Below, in pieces: positions 52,101 through 64,000 of a DNA stretch of 64,000 bases. This stretch comes from Phoronis australis (lineage: Eukaryota > Animalia > Phoronida). The first letter of the stretch is position 1. The number at the start of each line of letters is the position of its first letter. A program made the translations under genes and the position numbers. The notes below the pieces were generated by a model that saw only the letters and a list, made by a program, of their open reading frames with translations, ran no database searches and was not told the DNA's origin. The stretch covers positions 1-64,000 of the forward strand of contig NMRA01000983.1 in NCBI GenBank assembly GCA_002633005.1. The letters run 5' to 3'.

Positions 52101-54323
52101 GCTATATATTCAACCTCTCGCCGACAACAGATATATTATCTTCGAAATGCGGTTGAATTTCTTTCGTCTAATCCACGTTTTACAATAGATGCCAATGTAT
52201 AGGTACACACTGGATTGTCATCATTGCATAATGGGTGATCACGTAGTCTCCGGGCATGAAAACAATTCTCTCCGGGCGTGATAAGTTTTCTAACGCAATA
52301 AATCCTGGTTGCCAATTGTTTTTGATTCTACAGAGATTTCAATTCCTGAATAGAAAATGTGTGTTCTGGATTTTTCCGCTTCAGCTTTCCATTCAGGTAA
52401 CTAGTGCACAGCACAGTGTTTTTACTATCCCGTGCGGCTCCACTGCAACGAATCACTTCTGGTACAATCTTTCGTAAACGACGTTCGTATTTTGCACATT
52501 TCTTCGGGGTAACAGTTTTCCAAGAGCTATATATTCATTGGACAAGTTTCTGTTTGGTAATCGGTTTTATTTTCTGTCTCAGGTAGTCCTTGAGCTCATG
52601 CTCTGAATGTTTTGAAAACGCAACTCTTTATTTACACAGATACGTTTTCCTGCCCGTGGGCACCGACTCGCTGAATTCACCAACCAAACATTTATTTTTG
52701 AAAATGCACTCAAAAGTGTAGTTAAAACACCGTGTTGATCATAGTCGTCAGTGCAGAAAAGCGAAATGAACAAATTTGTACACACTGCTCAAAGCACTTT
52801 TGTGGACATACGGAAACGCCAACGTCTCTGTCTTACAACTCTGCGTGTGCTTGGCATTTCTGATCAAAGCGCTCTCATGCTGGAAACTTTATTAAGACTG
52901 AGCACCGTTTCAAAAAATTGTATTTTTTCTTACAGCTGAGCACAGAATTATTATGCGATTTTAGGACTGAAACGGAACCAAATCTCGAGTGGTGACTCAT
53001 TAGAATGTGCAAAATTCGGGGAGGGGGGTGGCTGGCAATACAAGCATGATTTTTTTATTTTCGCGCCAAACATGTAGTTACCACTTCTCATTCAGCGTCA
53101 CTTACTACCTGAGGTGGCCAGATCATACATGTACGCTATCAAGATCACCAGACGCTTTGCTTCTCAAAAGTGCACCTTTGTGTATTTTCTATCATTTTTT
53201 GCCATCGCAATCGCTTTACCAAAGTTTCACGCACATATGCCGCGTAGAGACAAATACCTCTTCACCACGTATTCACATCTTGCCGTTCACAATTGTTTTA
53301 TTTTGCATAATTTGTCAATATGTTGTTGACAGAAAATATTTATTTTTGGAACAACGTGAACGACCAACTGATAGGGGACTACGTGTATACATGTAACTGC
53401 TAGCCCAGATTTTAACGTCACCGATACACTGAAAACGGAATGCGCAAGGCTACTTTGCTGTAGCCTCAACAGTGGTGATGTCACCGTCTTAGTTCGTGGA
53501 AATCGTAACCATAATATGATTTCGAAGTTAGAGCCATCGAAGTCCGTGGGTTTAGGGCATACTGGACCGTGAATTTCGCGTCTGTACTGCAAGGGTCAAT
53601 ACTATGAAAATAAAATCCCTGGAGTGAGAGCTTTTCGCGGTGTAAGAACTCACTCACTAATCCATCATCATGGGCGCGTGACAGGAGACCGGTGACTAAC
53701 TTAAAAAAACGCAAAAAGATGCAGTTTGGCGTTACACAAACAACTTGAAATCAACTGCGGGCGAAGACTGCTAAAATAGCTGCGTTTACAAAATGACTAC
53801 AGCGTTGTATTGACCGGGAAGCAACCGATCTAATACATCTTGTTAACGTCACGAGTCAAATTAAAGATCAAATGTAAAGAAAACTTTCACGTTTTTCATC
53901 CAAAACTTGTTGCATTGTCCATAATCCAATGTTTACTATTACCGCTTGCCTTCAACCTTCGAATTAGTGGTATTACACAACCGACGTGAACTCATGTAAC
54001 CGAGACAGTAAAACTAGGTTAATTTATTTGACCCTGTGCTAAGACGAATATGCATCGACACGCAAAGTGGTATCAGCCTGACAACCTATTACGCAACTGC
54101 TACTCTAGCCTAAAAATAGCAGCCGACCAGCTGGTCGGCTGATGGCCGGTCGGCTGAAGGGTCGGCTGAAGGGTCGGCTGGGGAGTCGCCTTATGAGTCG
54201 GCACTGCGGGCGGCTGCCGGTCGGCTAATTTTTAGCCGACCGGTCGGCAAATTAGACGACCGGTCGACGGCTAGTCGTCGACCAATTTCCGACCGGGCGG
54301 CCAAAAATTCGTGATGTGTGCTG
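49152..54323 (-). mobile_element. TA-flanked TIR element (CAG...CTG ends), Tc1/mariner-like, with GC-rich gccgacc subterminal repeats
   Basis: TA|cagcacacatcacgaatttttggccg...cggccaaaaattcgtgatgtgtgctg|TA. Near-perfect ~70-bp TIR core with repeat-rich arms of ~170-200 bp. Confidence 0.8.
52426..52600 (-). pseudogene. C-terminal fragment of a Tc1/IS630-type DDE transposase
   Basis: HELKDYLRQKIKPITKQKLVQ*IYSSWKTVTPKKCAKYERRLRKIVPEVIRCSGAAR fits the W..LK......P....L......W...........R.....VI...G tail. Confidence 0.7.
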
Positions 54324-54649
54324 TAGGTATAAGCAAAGGGATTTCAAAAAACACCACAAACAAAGTGTGCTGACCCCCTGGGGATTGTTACACGCAAAAT
54401 CCAATATGGCCACCGCCGAAAATATGTCGGCTGTCACTACAACAAATTCTAATATTACTTTTTCCCCATTTTGGGGGTGAGAAGTTCATATCTGGTGTTA
54501 GTTTTATTTTTTGAGGTCAATTCCAATGCAAAATGATACTTTCAAAGTAAATGTCGTTTACAAATAACTCAAATTTATGTTGGCCCTCGTAGAAGTTACT
54601 TTGTTTAATTAATGGGTTTATCGGTGCGATTCGCCTCACAAAATTCGGA

Positions 54650-55712
54650 AATTACCATTTTCCAAAACCAGATTTGCACAAAATAGGACTGTTCTAACTG
54701 AGAGTGACAATACTTTTAGATACAATTTGTAATGCTTTAAAGGTTGGAGTACATGTATTCGTGAGTGCAAATGTTTTGAGAGGCCAGCAATGAATAAGCC
54801 ACTGAATTACCGGCTTCAGATGCAATAAAGGTAAATGACCGGGCACCGAGGCCGTGTGAGCGCATCCTAATTCAGTGTTTGCTGACAGAAAGCTGTTTTG
54901 AAACAACCACTCGATTTTATATGCTATGGTCACACGTAAGGGGAATCTTTATTTAGATATACATGTACAAATACATTCTTCACATAACTGTTACTGCTCT
55001 ATCTTTGACCTGACGGCCCCCGACACGTAAGTAGATTCTCATTTTCGTCGCTAATTCACCTAAATAATTGCATGCACATTGTTTCTTCGGCTCACTATTA
55101 TAGTCTTTTCCTGACTGGAGGTTTAATTTCCAAATTAAACTGGTGTAAGTTTGTGATATCCGGTCCCGGCGGCCGCGACTGGCCTGATCGGCTTTAGAGT
55201 CACTGGCGGGGAGTAACAAGCGTTTTGTGGGTTTAGAACTAAAAAAATCGCAAGTCTAAAAGTACAACACACAGGTATGTTCCCCCGTCTGTATTTCACG
55301 GAAGAATGATTCGAATTTATCTCCAAACATACCCGACCTTCCGCGATCGACCATGGTAAATTGTCCTACCGAACTGTAGGCCACGGTACGTTCAAATACA
55401 TGTACCTACTGTATAAACCCGTAACAGTGAACTAAAACAACACGTTTGTTCAATAACTCGATGTATTTGTAAGGGGTTTACATCGAATGCTGAGGATTTA
55501 TTGCTGTATAACGATGAATTCAAGCGATAAGTTGACACCAGTAAGAGTGTTGTGATCGGCTGAACCGGTTACAACATTGGTTAATTTCAACTACATGTAC
55601 ACCTCCGTCTGCCGTTAGGTGTCAGGTAAAACAACTGAACTTGCTGTTATCGAGTGGAACTACTCGATCTAAATTGATATAAAATAGGTTGTTTTTGGGT
55701 GGCGTTCTCCTT
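54650..55712 (-). mobile_element. Second, partial copy of the Kolobok family at 32639-35036
   Basis: Collinear with 34030-35036 (e.g. gaccgggcaccgaggccgtgtgagcgcat); ends gggtggcgttctcctt|ttaa. Confidence 0.8.
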
Positions 55713-57799
55713 TTAAGTTAAGGATCAAACTCTTGCGTCGGCGTACAGGGCAGTAAAATACAGCGCTACCTGTTGGACAGTTTCTTGTTTCGCGGATTCT
55801 TCAAGTCAATTGTTCTTCCTCCGCTGGCGAATGTGTATATTTCACAACAAATTATAGGAATTGGTTTCATTTTGTAACACGTTTATAGGATTTTACAGCA
55901 AAACAAATCTGACCAAATAATGCTTCAGTCGGCGAAGCTGTTTTCGTTAATTCCCTTTACTTTCACCTACATGGAACACGTAATGAGTTTTGTGAGTCGC
56001 TAAAATTCCCCTCTTTTCGTAAATTACGACATGCCTGTACTCCCGTCATTTTACACTGTTTTTGTAATTTATAAATAGTGGGTGGACCTTCAGCGAACTC
56101 TTATTTTATGCCCGCTGCCAGTGGAGTGATTACACCTAATGCCGAAAACCAGCTGACGGAAGAAAAACATGTCGAGCTCAAGCCAGGTGAGTTTGGTGTT
56201 TTGACAATTGTTGGCAGCAAAACACAGGGAATCAGAATGGATTAAGAATTGGAAATTACAGTGCTTGGTTTTTTACCCGTAAACAACTGTATTAATGTGC
56301 TCTGAATCTTAGTTTTCTCAACGATTTATGTCGCTATGCTGAACCAATCGAAAATGTATCATGGTCAGGTTGAGTTCCGAAGGCTTAGGAAAAGACTGTA
56401 ATTTTGTCAATTGACTGAACAAATATTTGAACTGTACAAAAAGCGTGCATGTAACGTTCACACGAGAAACGTATTTATTAAAAGACTTTAAAGCATCTAC
56501 CGTTTGTTATAAAACAACTACAATACAGCAGATTACAACAACGACGGAAGTAGTAGACCTAAGTAGTACAATAGATTTTCAGTAAACAACTTGTATTCTT
56601 AATGCACAAGATCTGTGATCTAGCACAAATTTACTAGCCGCAAACTTATTCACTAGCAGTGTCAGATGGGTTGCAGGTCATTTTACAGTTAGCCCAGTCA
56701 TTCTAGGGCTCCAGAGGGCCCAACCTAGAAAAAATTGCAACAGAAGGTTTTTTTGCATAAATGGCATCTTCAAACATCCCTTAGTGTCAGAAAAAAAAAT
56801 CTACCGAAATCGGAGTGGCGGAAGTCGGTTTTTCAAGATGGCGGAAAAAATGGCCGACAAAACCGGTGTTTACTGTTTTCTGGCATATTACTCTTATGTA
56901 ACAGCTAAAAATAAAACAATAAAGTTTGTCATTGATTATATACTTTTCATAACAGGCATACCAATTAAAAGATGCCAATTTTCCGTAAAATAAAACCAAT
57001 ATGGCCGACAAAATGGCGGCCGAAACGGCAATTTGGTACATGTTGCAAGATTTCTTTTTATATTTTGCCCTGAAAATGGCAAAAGTTTTATTCTTTTGTA
57101 AGTTAGACAATTGAAAATGTCTGGACCTTACAATTGGTCACTGGTTTGCGAGAAAAAAATCAAGATGGCTGACAAAATGGCCGCCAAAATGGCTGCCAAT
57201 TCACAAACCCCAATTTACCGCATTTACGTTCTGCAAACTTTGTTTGTAACCTGATACGCATTTACACAAAAACATTTTACAATCTACAGTCAGGGTTAAT
57301 GAGTTGATTGTTTCTATAATTTGTTTTTAAGATTTATATACTAAATGTGGAATTTTAATCACATTTTAGATTATATAACATAAAAGTCGGTGTGTTTTTC
57401 AGCAAAGGCTTTAGTTAAATTTTCATAATAGATTTTACAAACTCATATGTTTTTCTGTAAAATATATTCATTTGAGGTATCAAAAATAATATTTTTTAGA
57501 AAAATGTGTTATTCTGGTGGAGTTATTGGCTTATTCATTATACAAACCCTTAATAAAATTGGGCAGGAAGTGGCTTTTTTCTCTGTTGTTGGAGATATTA
57601 TTAGTTGTTCCCAAGCATCGATTTCGTCTGCTGCTGGCATGTATTGAGAATTTGGCTGCTGATTTCACCTGAATTTGATGAAAAGCAAATAGGATTGTGT
57701 AACAAAAAGTTATTAATTAAATTTTAATAGTTAGGACCCACAATTTGTTTAATATGCATGCTTTTTATAAACATAGGTAACTGATTTTAGAGCAAATTA

Positions 57800-58795
57800 G
57801 TGCCTGCAAACAAAACGACAGTGATCTGCAGTCACTTGTTCTTAGCCAGGCTTGGAAGATTTCATACTGAGATGAGCATTCTGGAATGTATTGGATACGT
57901 AATGTCAAGCACAGGGCTTCAAGGAGTTCTTGAGACGGTGTATGCATCAAACAGTGTGATCCTTATGTTAAATGGAAAAAGTGTGGATAGAGCAGTGAGG
58001 GGGCATATGTTGGTAGACTCAGCACTGAATGCTATCATAAAAGCCAGAACATTCAACATCCCACTTCCAAATATAGACAGATCAAGTAACACCAATCCAA
58101 AACCAATGAAGAAAGAAATTCAGGTTCTTCAGAAATTCCAGGAGTCCGGAATGTCACCAACACAGAATACACAGATTACATGCCCAGAGCAGTTCAATGC
58201 TTGTATACAAATTTTGGCTGTCAGAAGATGGAGACAGATTTTTCAGACATCTCAGACATCCCAACTGATCACATAACTAGATGTATACTATGGGGCATGC
58301 CATGCCCAGCCAGTGTCTTCCGATTCTGAACCTTGGATTATAATGGAATGCCCTCACGAGAGTTCACTTACTACCACTGGTGTATTCAAACACGACTGAA
58401 TCAGAGTATAGGTGTTCAGAATTCACAGTGACAGAGAATAGTTCGTCAGAAGATTCAATGTCCAATGATATTCTTCATGATGATTTGAGAGCTGGTCTGA
58501 AGCAGTATGATGATCTTATTGCTGGCATGACGTCTGTGTGCGACGATGTTTGCTCGACGGAGTGTCTTGTGGGTGTCCATAAAAAAACAAAGCACATAAA
58601 TCAGATTTGTCCATGCGAAGTCAAGTCACTAGTCTTTGACTACAGTATATGAAGATGATTGACATCCTTCGACTTTTTTAAAAGCAGAAATAACGTCTGA
58701 TTGGGAGCTTCACCTAAAAGCAGTTTCTGAAATGCTGCCTAACTTTGCACCTGCTGGTCACAACTCTTATGCAAAATCTTCATATATATACTTGA
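57800..58795 (+). pseudogene. Academ transposase remnant
   Basis: RLGRFHTEMSILECIGYVMSSTGLQGVLETVYASNSV..LNGKSVDRAVRGH; DWELHLKAVSEMLPNFAPAGHNSYAKSSYIYL. Confidence 0.85.
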
Positions 58796-60794
58796 CTGAA
58801 GCAGACGTAGCAACTCAAAGACACCCNCCCTATAAAATGAGCCAACTGCCTTTTAGATATGTTAAATACATGTACTTTTGTGCAACATATCTTAACAGAA
58901 ACAATGAGTTCTATCCCATAATTCAACATTCCAAGGTGGCCCACCAATCACGTCAAATGTGCGGTCACCCTTTCATTGGGGTATGGACACCAAACATAGT
59001 CCCGAAAACACTTAAAGTCCCTATAAAATGAGCCAACTGCCTTTTAGATATGTTAAATACATGTACTTTTGTGCAACATAACTTTGTTTCGTTTTATTCC
59101 ACACAACCAGTAACTAATTACTACGCATTTTGTGCCCCCCATATTATGTGCCCCCATCAGAAACCCCTTTTATTCTCTGGATGAATCACAGTAGACTGGC
59201 CTATTGACATCATCGTTGAGAACGAGCAACACATTACCGCGCTAACCACAACCTGTAGTGAGCACCTGATCGGCTGCTGGGACAGTAAAAAACAAAGCAG
59301 TTTTGCTCAAGGAACGTCACCAATTAGAAACATCGCCGATGTTAGGCATCAATGTCGACTGATAATGCAATATTACTTAGCAAAACAATGGTGTCAGGCA
59401 AAGCACCCTTCGAACCGAACAGCGGCGTAAATCTCGGATAGGGTCTGCCATCGATTCACTCACGACCCACGACGAACCAATTTTCGAAGTATTTGCACCC
59501 ACGTAAAAGGTCCTACAACCGCTACGTTTCGTACTGAATCTGACAACGGCAAACTTACCGAACTCTGTGGTGGAAAAAATACTTATTTTTCACGTAAGAT
59601 GTCTTGATTATCCACTAACAATATCCTCGGCAATAAATCACCGCGACATGGTCGGTACCATTTTATGCGATCGTGGCTCAGAAATGTCGTCAATTAACGG
59701 TGTGGGTGAATGTAGCCTACGTCTCTTTTTTATCGCAAAAACAAACGTAAAGATGACAACCCTTGGCTGTTACTTGCCAAACGACGGTCACAACTTGTCT
59801 TGCATCAGAATGAAAGTAAGTCGACAACAAATTCTCAAGCCCTATTTTCTGGGACAGCACGCGCGACATATATATGAGTCATCTGTCACTCACGTGTTGC
59901 AGCCAATGTATCACGTACTCCAGCGGTGAGAACGTAGAGGTGCACACCTCCCAAGTCGCACATCAAAAGAGTACGGCGGCCGTTCTAAATAAAATATTGC
60001 ACTGGCTTGGATCGATTAAGTGCTTGGGTGTTGCATATACTCGAATGCACGTGACCATAAGATGAGCGCTGATTCAACTTGAATTTTGTGGCACATTCTT
60101 TGAAATCTAACATCGGCCAGGAAAGGATGCACTTATAAACCCCGCACGTGAACGTCAGACAATACGGCTTTGGGTACACTTTGGAGGCACGCACTGCCGG
60201 AAAAAAGTGTGCAGTCAGCATGTCGATGGGTTGTGCTATGACGGGAACGGCGTATTTCCCCGACTTCAAAGTATGAAATGCCTTGTGCAATTGGTCTTTC
60301 AAATCGAACACTAGTTTAAATATGACAACCTATTCGCTGCGCTAACTTTGTCCTTTGTGCTCAATATTTTGTTTCCACCTCAATCGCACTTAGATTTTCC
60401 TGCAGGTCTCACTANATGCGTGTACCGGAGAATTAAATTTGTTTGTAGTCGCTCCGTGATAATTACGGGATTATGTCGGGGAGTAAGTCGGCATTACACA
60501 TCTTAACGAAGCGAAAAGCTCACTCGCAGCACGATGAAAAAGAATGACCCGAGACTTTTCGCACTTGGGTTAGAAAAGTAAAGGCCTAATACCTTGCAAT
60601 GGACGGACGTTCTATGAAAAGTACTGCGAAATGGAAGATTAAGAAAATGTAGGAACAACGTTTGGATGGATTAGCGCCGTGTATGTTCAAGCCAGAGGAA
60701 TACGAGTAAAGTGAAACAGAAGGGGAAACTCACCGGCCAATTGTCACGGAACTCGCTACGGACCGTCATTTGAAGACAAAGGCATTTTACACAA

Positions 60795-61805
60795 GGTTAC
60801 TGATGGTTACTGAGATGGACCATCAACTAAAGATGTCTTTCATGTTCGAAGACTGGGTGGGGTGGTTGGAACTGAAGTTCACTTCAATGGTGACATGGTG
60901 ATCAAGTAAAAAAGGGACATTTTTTTGCAAAAAGCAAAAACAAACGATTCACTCACTTCTTGTCAAGTTTGCTAGGAAATGCTGGTTGCATAGTGGTACA
61001 AGCTCAAGGTGACACAGATGTTTTAATTGTAGAAACAGCAGTAGAGAACGCAGCACAAGGTCCAACTACCCTTATTGCAGACGATACAGACTTGTTGGTT
61101 CTTTTGCGTTACCATGCTACTTCACAACAAATTTCATGTTCATGAAATTTGACAAGAGATACCAAAGCAAGAGGAGAGTCCGGGACATTAAGGAACTACA
61201 GTTCTCTTTTGGTACCGAAACTTGCGCAGTTTTGCCATTTGCGCATGCAATAGGTGGTTGCAACACAACATTACAGCTGTTCGGTATTAGCAAAGGCTCT
61301 CCATTCAAGAAACTGCGTGATCGAGAATTCTGCAAAAACTCTAAGAGTATTCACTAGACACATGCAGCTGAATCAAGGCATTTGAAGCTGTCAAGAGTTG
61401 TATCTGTTCTTCATGGCGGTACTGGCTCTGGAAATTTGGATGATTTGCGATACAGGCAGTTTGTGGATAAGGTGTCGGACTTGCCACAGCCCAAATACAG
61501 TCATTATCACCACCTTTCTTCAGTTGCTAAATTCCATGCTGCTGGGACATATTATCATGAGTAAGAGCGGTCAAGTTTCCGTGGCAGTGGCCTAGACTCG
61601 CTGTATTGGGGATGGATGCTGGCAGGTGGAAAATTCATTCCCACGACGACGGACCATTCAGCAGCACCAGAGAACCTGCTGAAAGTAGTGAGATGCTCGT
61701 GTAAGACCAACTGCAGTTTCAAGAGATGTACTTGCAAGAAGTTAGGATAGGTGTACTCGGTTGCGTGTGGAGAATGCCGTTGTTTTAGCTGCAGCAATTC
61801 ATTCT
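60795..61805 (+). pseudogene. Academ XPG/PIN nuclease + H3TH + Cys8 zinc-finger remnant
   Basis: DGY*DGPSTKD; QAQGDTDVLIV; ADDTDLLVLL; HAIGGCNTT..FGISK; APENLLKVVRCSCKTNCSFKRCTCKK..ACGECRCFSCSN. Confidence 0.85.
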
Positions 61806-63189
61806 GAGTTGACAGAGATTAGTTGTGTAAATACTGGTTGATTGTGTATAGATTCACTAGCATTTACAACTAACTGGAAGTGACACAGACAGTGTGGATA
61901 GTAGATCACTGAATTAATTGCAGAGAGTTATTTTCAATACAGCACATTTTTTCAGGAGGAGAATGATCCTTCAGTTCAGGCAAACCTGATGTTTTTGACC
62001 CAAATAAGTTATTCATTAAACCATTTTGAAAATGGTAGTCGTAATCATCAAGAGCCAGACAAAAAAATATTGTAATGGATGTGCTGACTTAAAAAACTCA
62101 GGATATGGTGTTTCTGGAATCTGAAGTTCTTACACGAAGCAACTATTTGGTGGCCATCTTAGAAAATGGTGGAAGTAATCAGAGTCAAACGCAACGAGTC
62201 TAAATGCATTAGTCGACCCAGAAAACATATGATACTTGAAGCAAGACGATACACTAATCTGTTTGTGCGAAGTTGTGCGATTCGAAATAGTTTTGAAGGC
62301 CATCTTGGAAAATGGCTGATGGTGTCACCACGGCCATGCAAAACTTTTCCAATGGATTTGTTGACCCAAAAAAGATAGGTAAACATTTTGAAGTTTTACT
62401 CTATCACATTCCACTCTCGAGTTATAATGATCATCTGCAAATCTGGCGGCCATTTTGTCCGCCATCTTGGAAATGGTGGAAGTAATCATTAGTGCCAAAT
62501 GCAATGAGTCTCAATAGATTAGTAAACCCAGAAAACCTATGATGCGATGTTTGAAGCAAGACGACACACTAATCTGTTCGTGTGAAGTTGTGCGACTCAA
62601 GTAGATTTGGCGGCCATCTTGGAAAATGGCGGACGGTGTCACCACAGCCATGTAAAACAATTTCCAATGGATTTTTTGACCCACAAAACATAGGTAAACC
62701 TTTTTAAATTTTTACTCTATCACATTCCACTCTTGAGTTATAGTGCGTATCAGAAAATCTGGCGGCCATTTTGTCCGCCATCTTGAAAAACCAACTTCCG
62801 CCACTCCGATTCCGGTAGACTTTTTTTCCCAATAAGGGGTGTGAAAGGATACGATTTATGCAATAAAACCTTCTGTTGCAATTTTCCGGGTTATCCGTAG
62901 AATGACTGGACTATATTGCAGTCGGCTGGTGTATTGACACCATTACCACACTAACCACAGCCTGAACAACTGATTGTGTAACAGCGTATGCTCATAAACT
63001 TATATTTTTCTTCGTCAAAATTATAGGGAAACCAAGAAAGAATTCTGCTGGAAATAAAACACTGAATCATTTGGAATTCCACTGGGAAATTTTGCTTCAT
63101 AATTTCCCAAATTTTCGACTGGAAGAAATAACGTTGGCTTAATCTGAATTCTACAGTAGTAGCAATTTCGTTGATTGATTATACATTTT

Positions 63190-63530
63190 ACTCGCCAACA
63201 ACGAACATCGCCTCTGAGACGGTCTGTAGCGTGTTCCATGACAGTTGGTAGAGTTTCCCCTTCATATTCACTTTAATCAGATTCCTGTGGTTCGAACATA
63301 TACTGCACTAATCCATCCAAAAGTTGTTTCTACATTTTGTTAATCTTCCATTTCGCCGTTCATTTCATTGAACTCCTCCGTCTCTACAGAGTCTTCAAAT
63401 ACGCTGTTACTGTCGCTTCTGCTTTCGCTGTCGTAGTTAGAACGTCCGTCTTTAATTACGCCCCTACATAGTCCCATAATTGTCACGGAGCGGCTATAGA
63501 CAGATTAGTTCCTTGGTATACTCACTCCGC
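63190..63530 (-). mobile_element. Kolobok-type remnant with a KolX N-terminus; inverted relative at 60420-60770
   Basis: GLVQYMFEPQESD*SEYEGE...DRLRGDVRCW (Y.FEP motif); nucleotide similarity to 60420-60770 in the opposite orientation. Confidence 0.5.
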
Positions 63531-64000
63531 CAAAATGTCGCCGTGGTACGACGAATCTCCATTGACTGCCAACATGTCTCGCACCACACGCAGGGACTCT
63601 GTACTTAATTGGTTCACCAGACCCCGGTGTGCGCTACTGACTTCGAAGACGCCACAGCGATTCCGTAGAATATTCTATGCAAGGGGAACTGTCGAGATCT
63701 GGGCCGCTGTATTTTATTAAACAATTTGTTGTCTCTAATAGTCATAATTTGGAAAATGTAAGATTTAAAATCTACAGCCGTAACCGTATGGTAAGTTTTT
63801 TTTTGTTACAAAGGACTGTCCGTCTCGCTTCACAGAGATGATGTCAATTGCGTCGATTAGTATGAGCGCCACCTAAATTTTTTTCGGCGCTAAGTGGGGT
63901 TCGTGATGGGGCCGTGTGATAGTAATTAGCGTAATCAGTTAATGTCAGGAGTAAACGAAGAGATGAGACACTTGTGTTGACCAATAATACATTTATTTAA

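Larger units (their letters stand above)
56690..62913 (+). mobile_element. Decayed AcademX-like transposon (TAG...CTA ends, long TIRs)
   Basis: tagcccagtcattcta...aaaattgcaacagaaggtttt vs aaaaccttctgttgcaatttt...tagaatgactggacta; aaaatggcggcc sub-repeats; no TSD recognisable. Confidence 0.85.

Overview
AT-rich animal genomic DNA, probably from a marine invertebrate (inferred from spliceosomal introns, EGF/MAM domains and Academ/Kolobok/Sola-type transposons); nothing here looks prokaryotic. The window opens with a degenerate (CCCTAA)n telomere-like tract fused to a ~197-bp satellite. One host gene can be rebuilt by hand on the minus strand (26518->8282, 6 coding exons, about 972 aa). It encodes signal peptide - MAM - 14 Notch-type EGF repeats - Ser/Thr stalk - TM - short NPxY tail, with everything from the EGFs onward in one 2.3-kb exon. 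The rest is mostly decayed mobile DNA: two AcademX-like elements, a Sola3-like element, Kolobok elements carrying KolX (P2X7-tail-like) genes, a TA-flanked Tc1/mariner-like element, Helentron/HINE-like repeats, MITEs, a LINE 3' end, a Penelope-like remnant with a hammerhead core, mini/microsatellites and an N gap. The strongest unexplained signal is about 30 TACATGTA palindromes (plus TACAGTA/TACTGTA). Aligning two paralogous repeat copies inside the window shows several of them are insertions at TA sites, as expected for Tc1/mariner excision footprints. All family assignments come from motif recognition by eye, not database searches.
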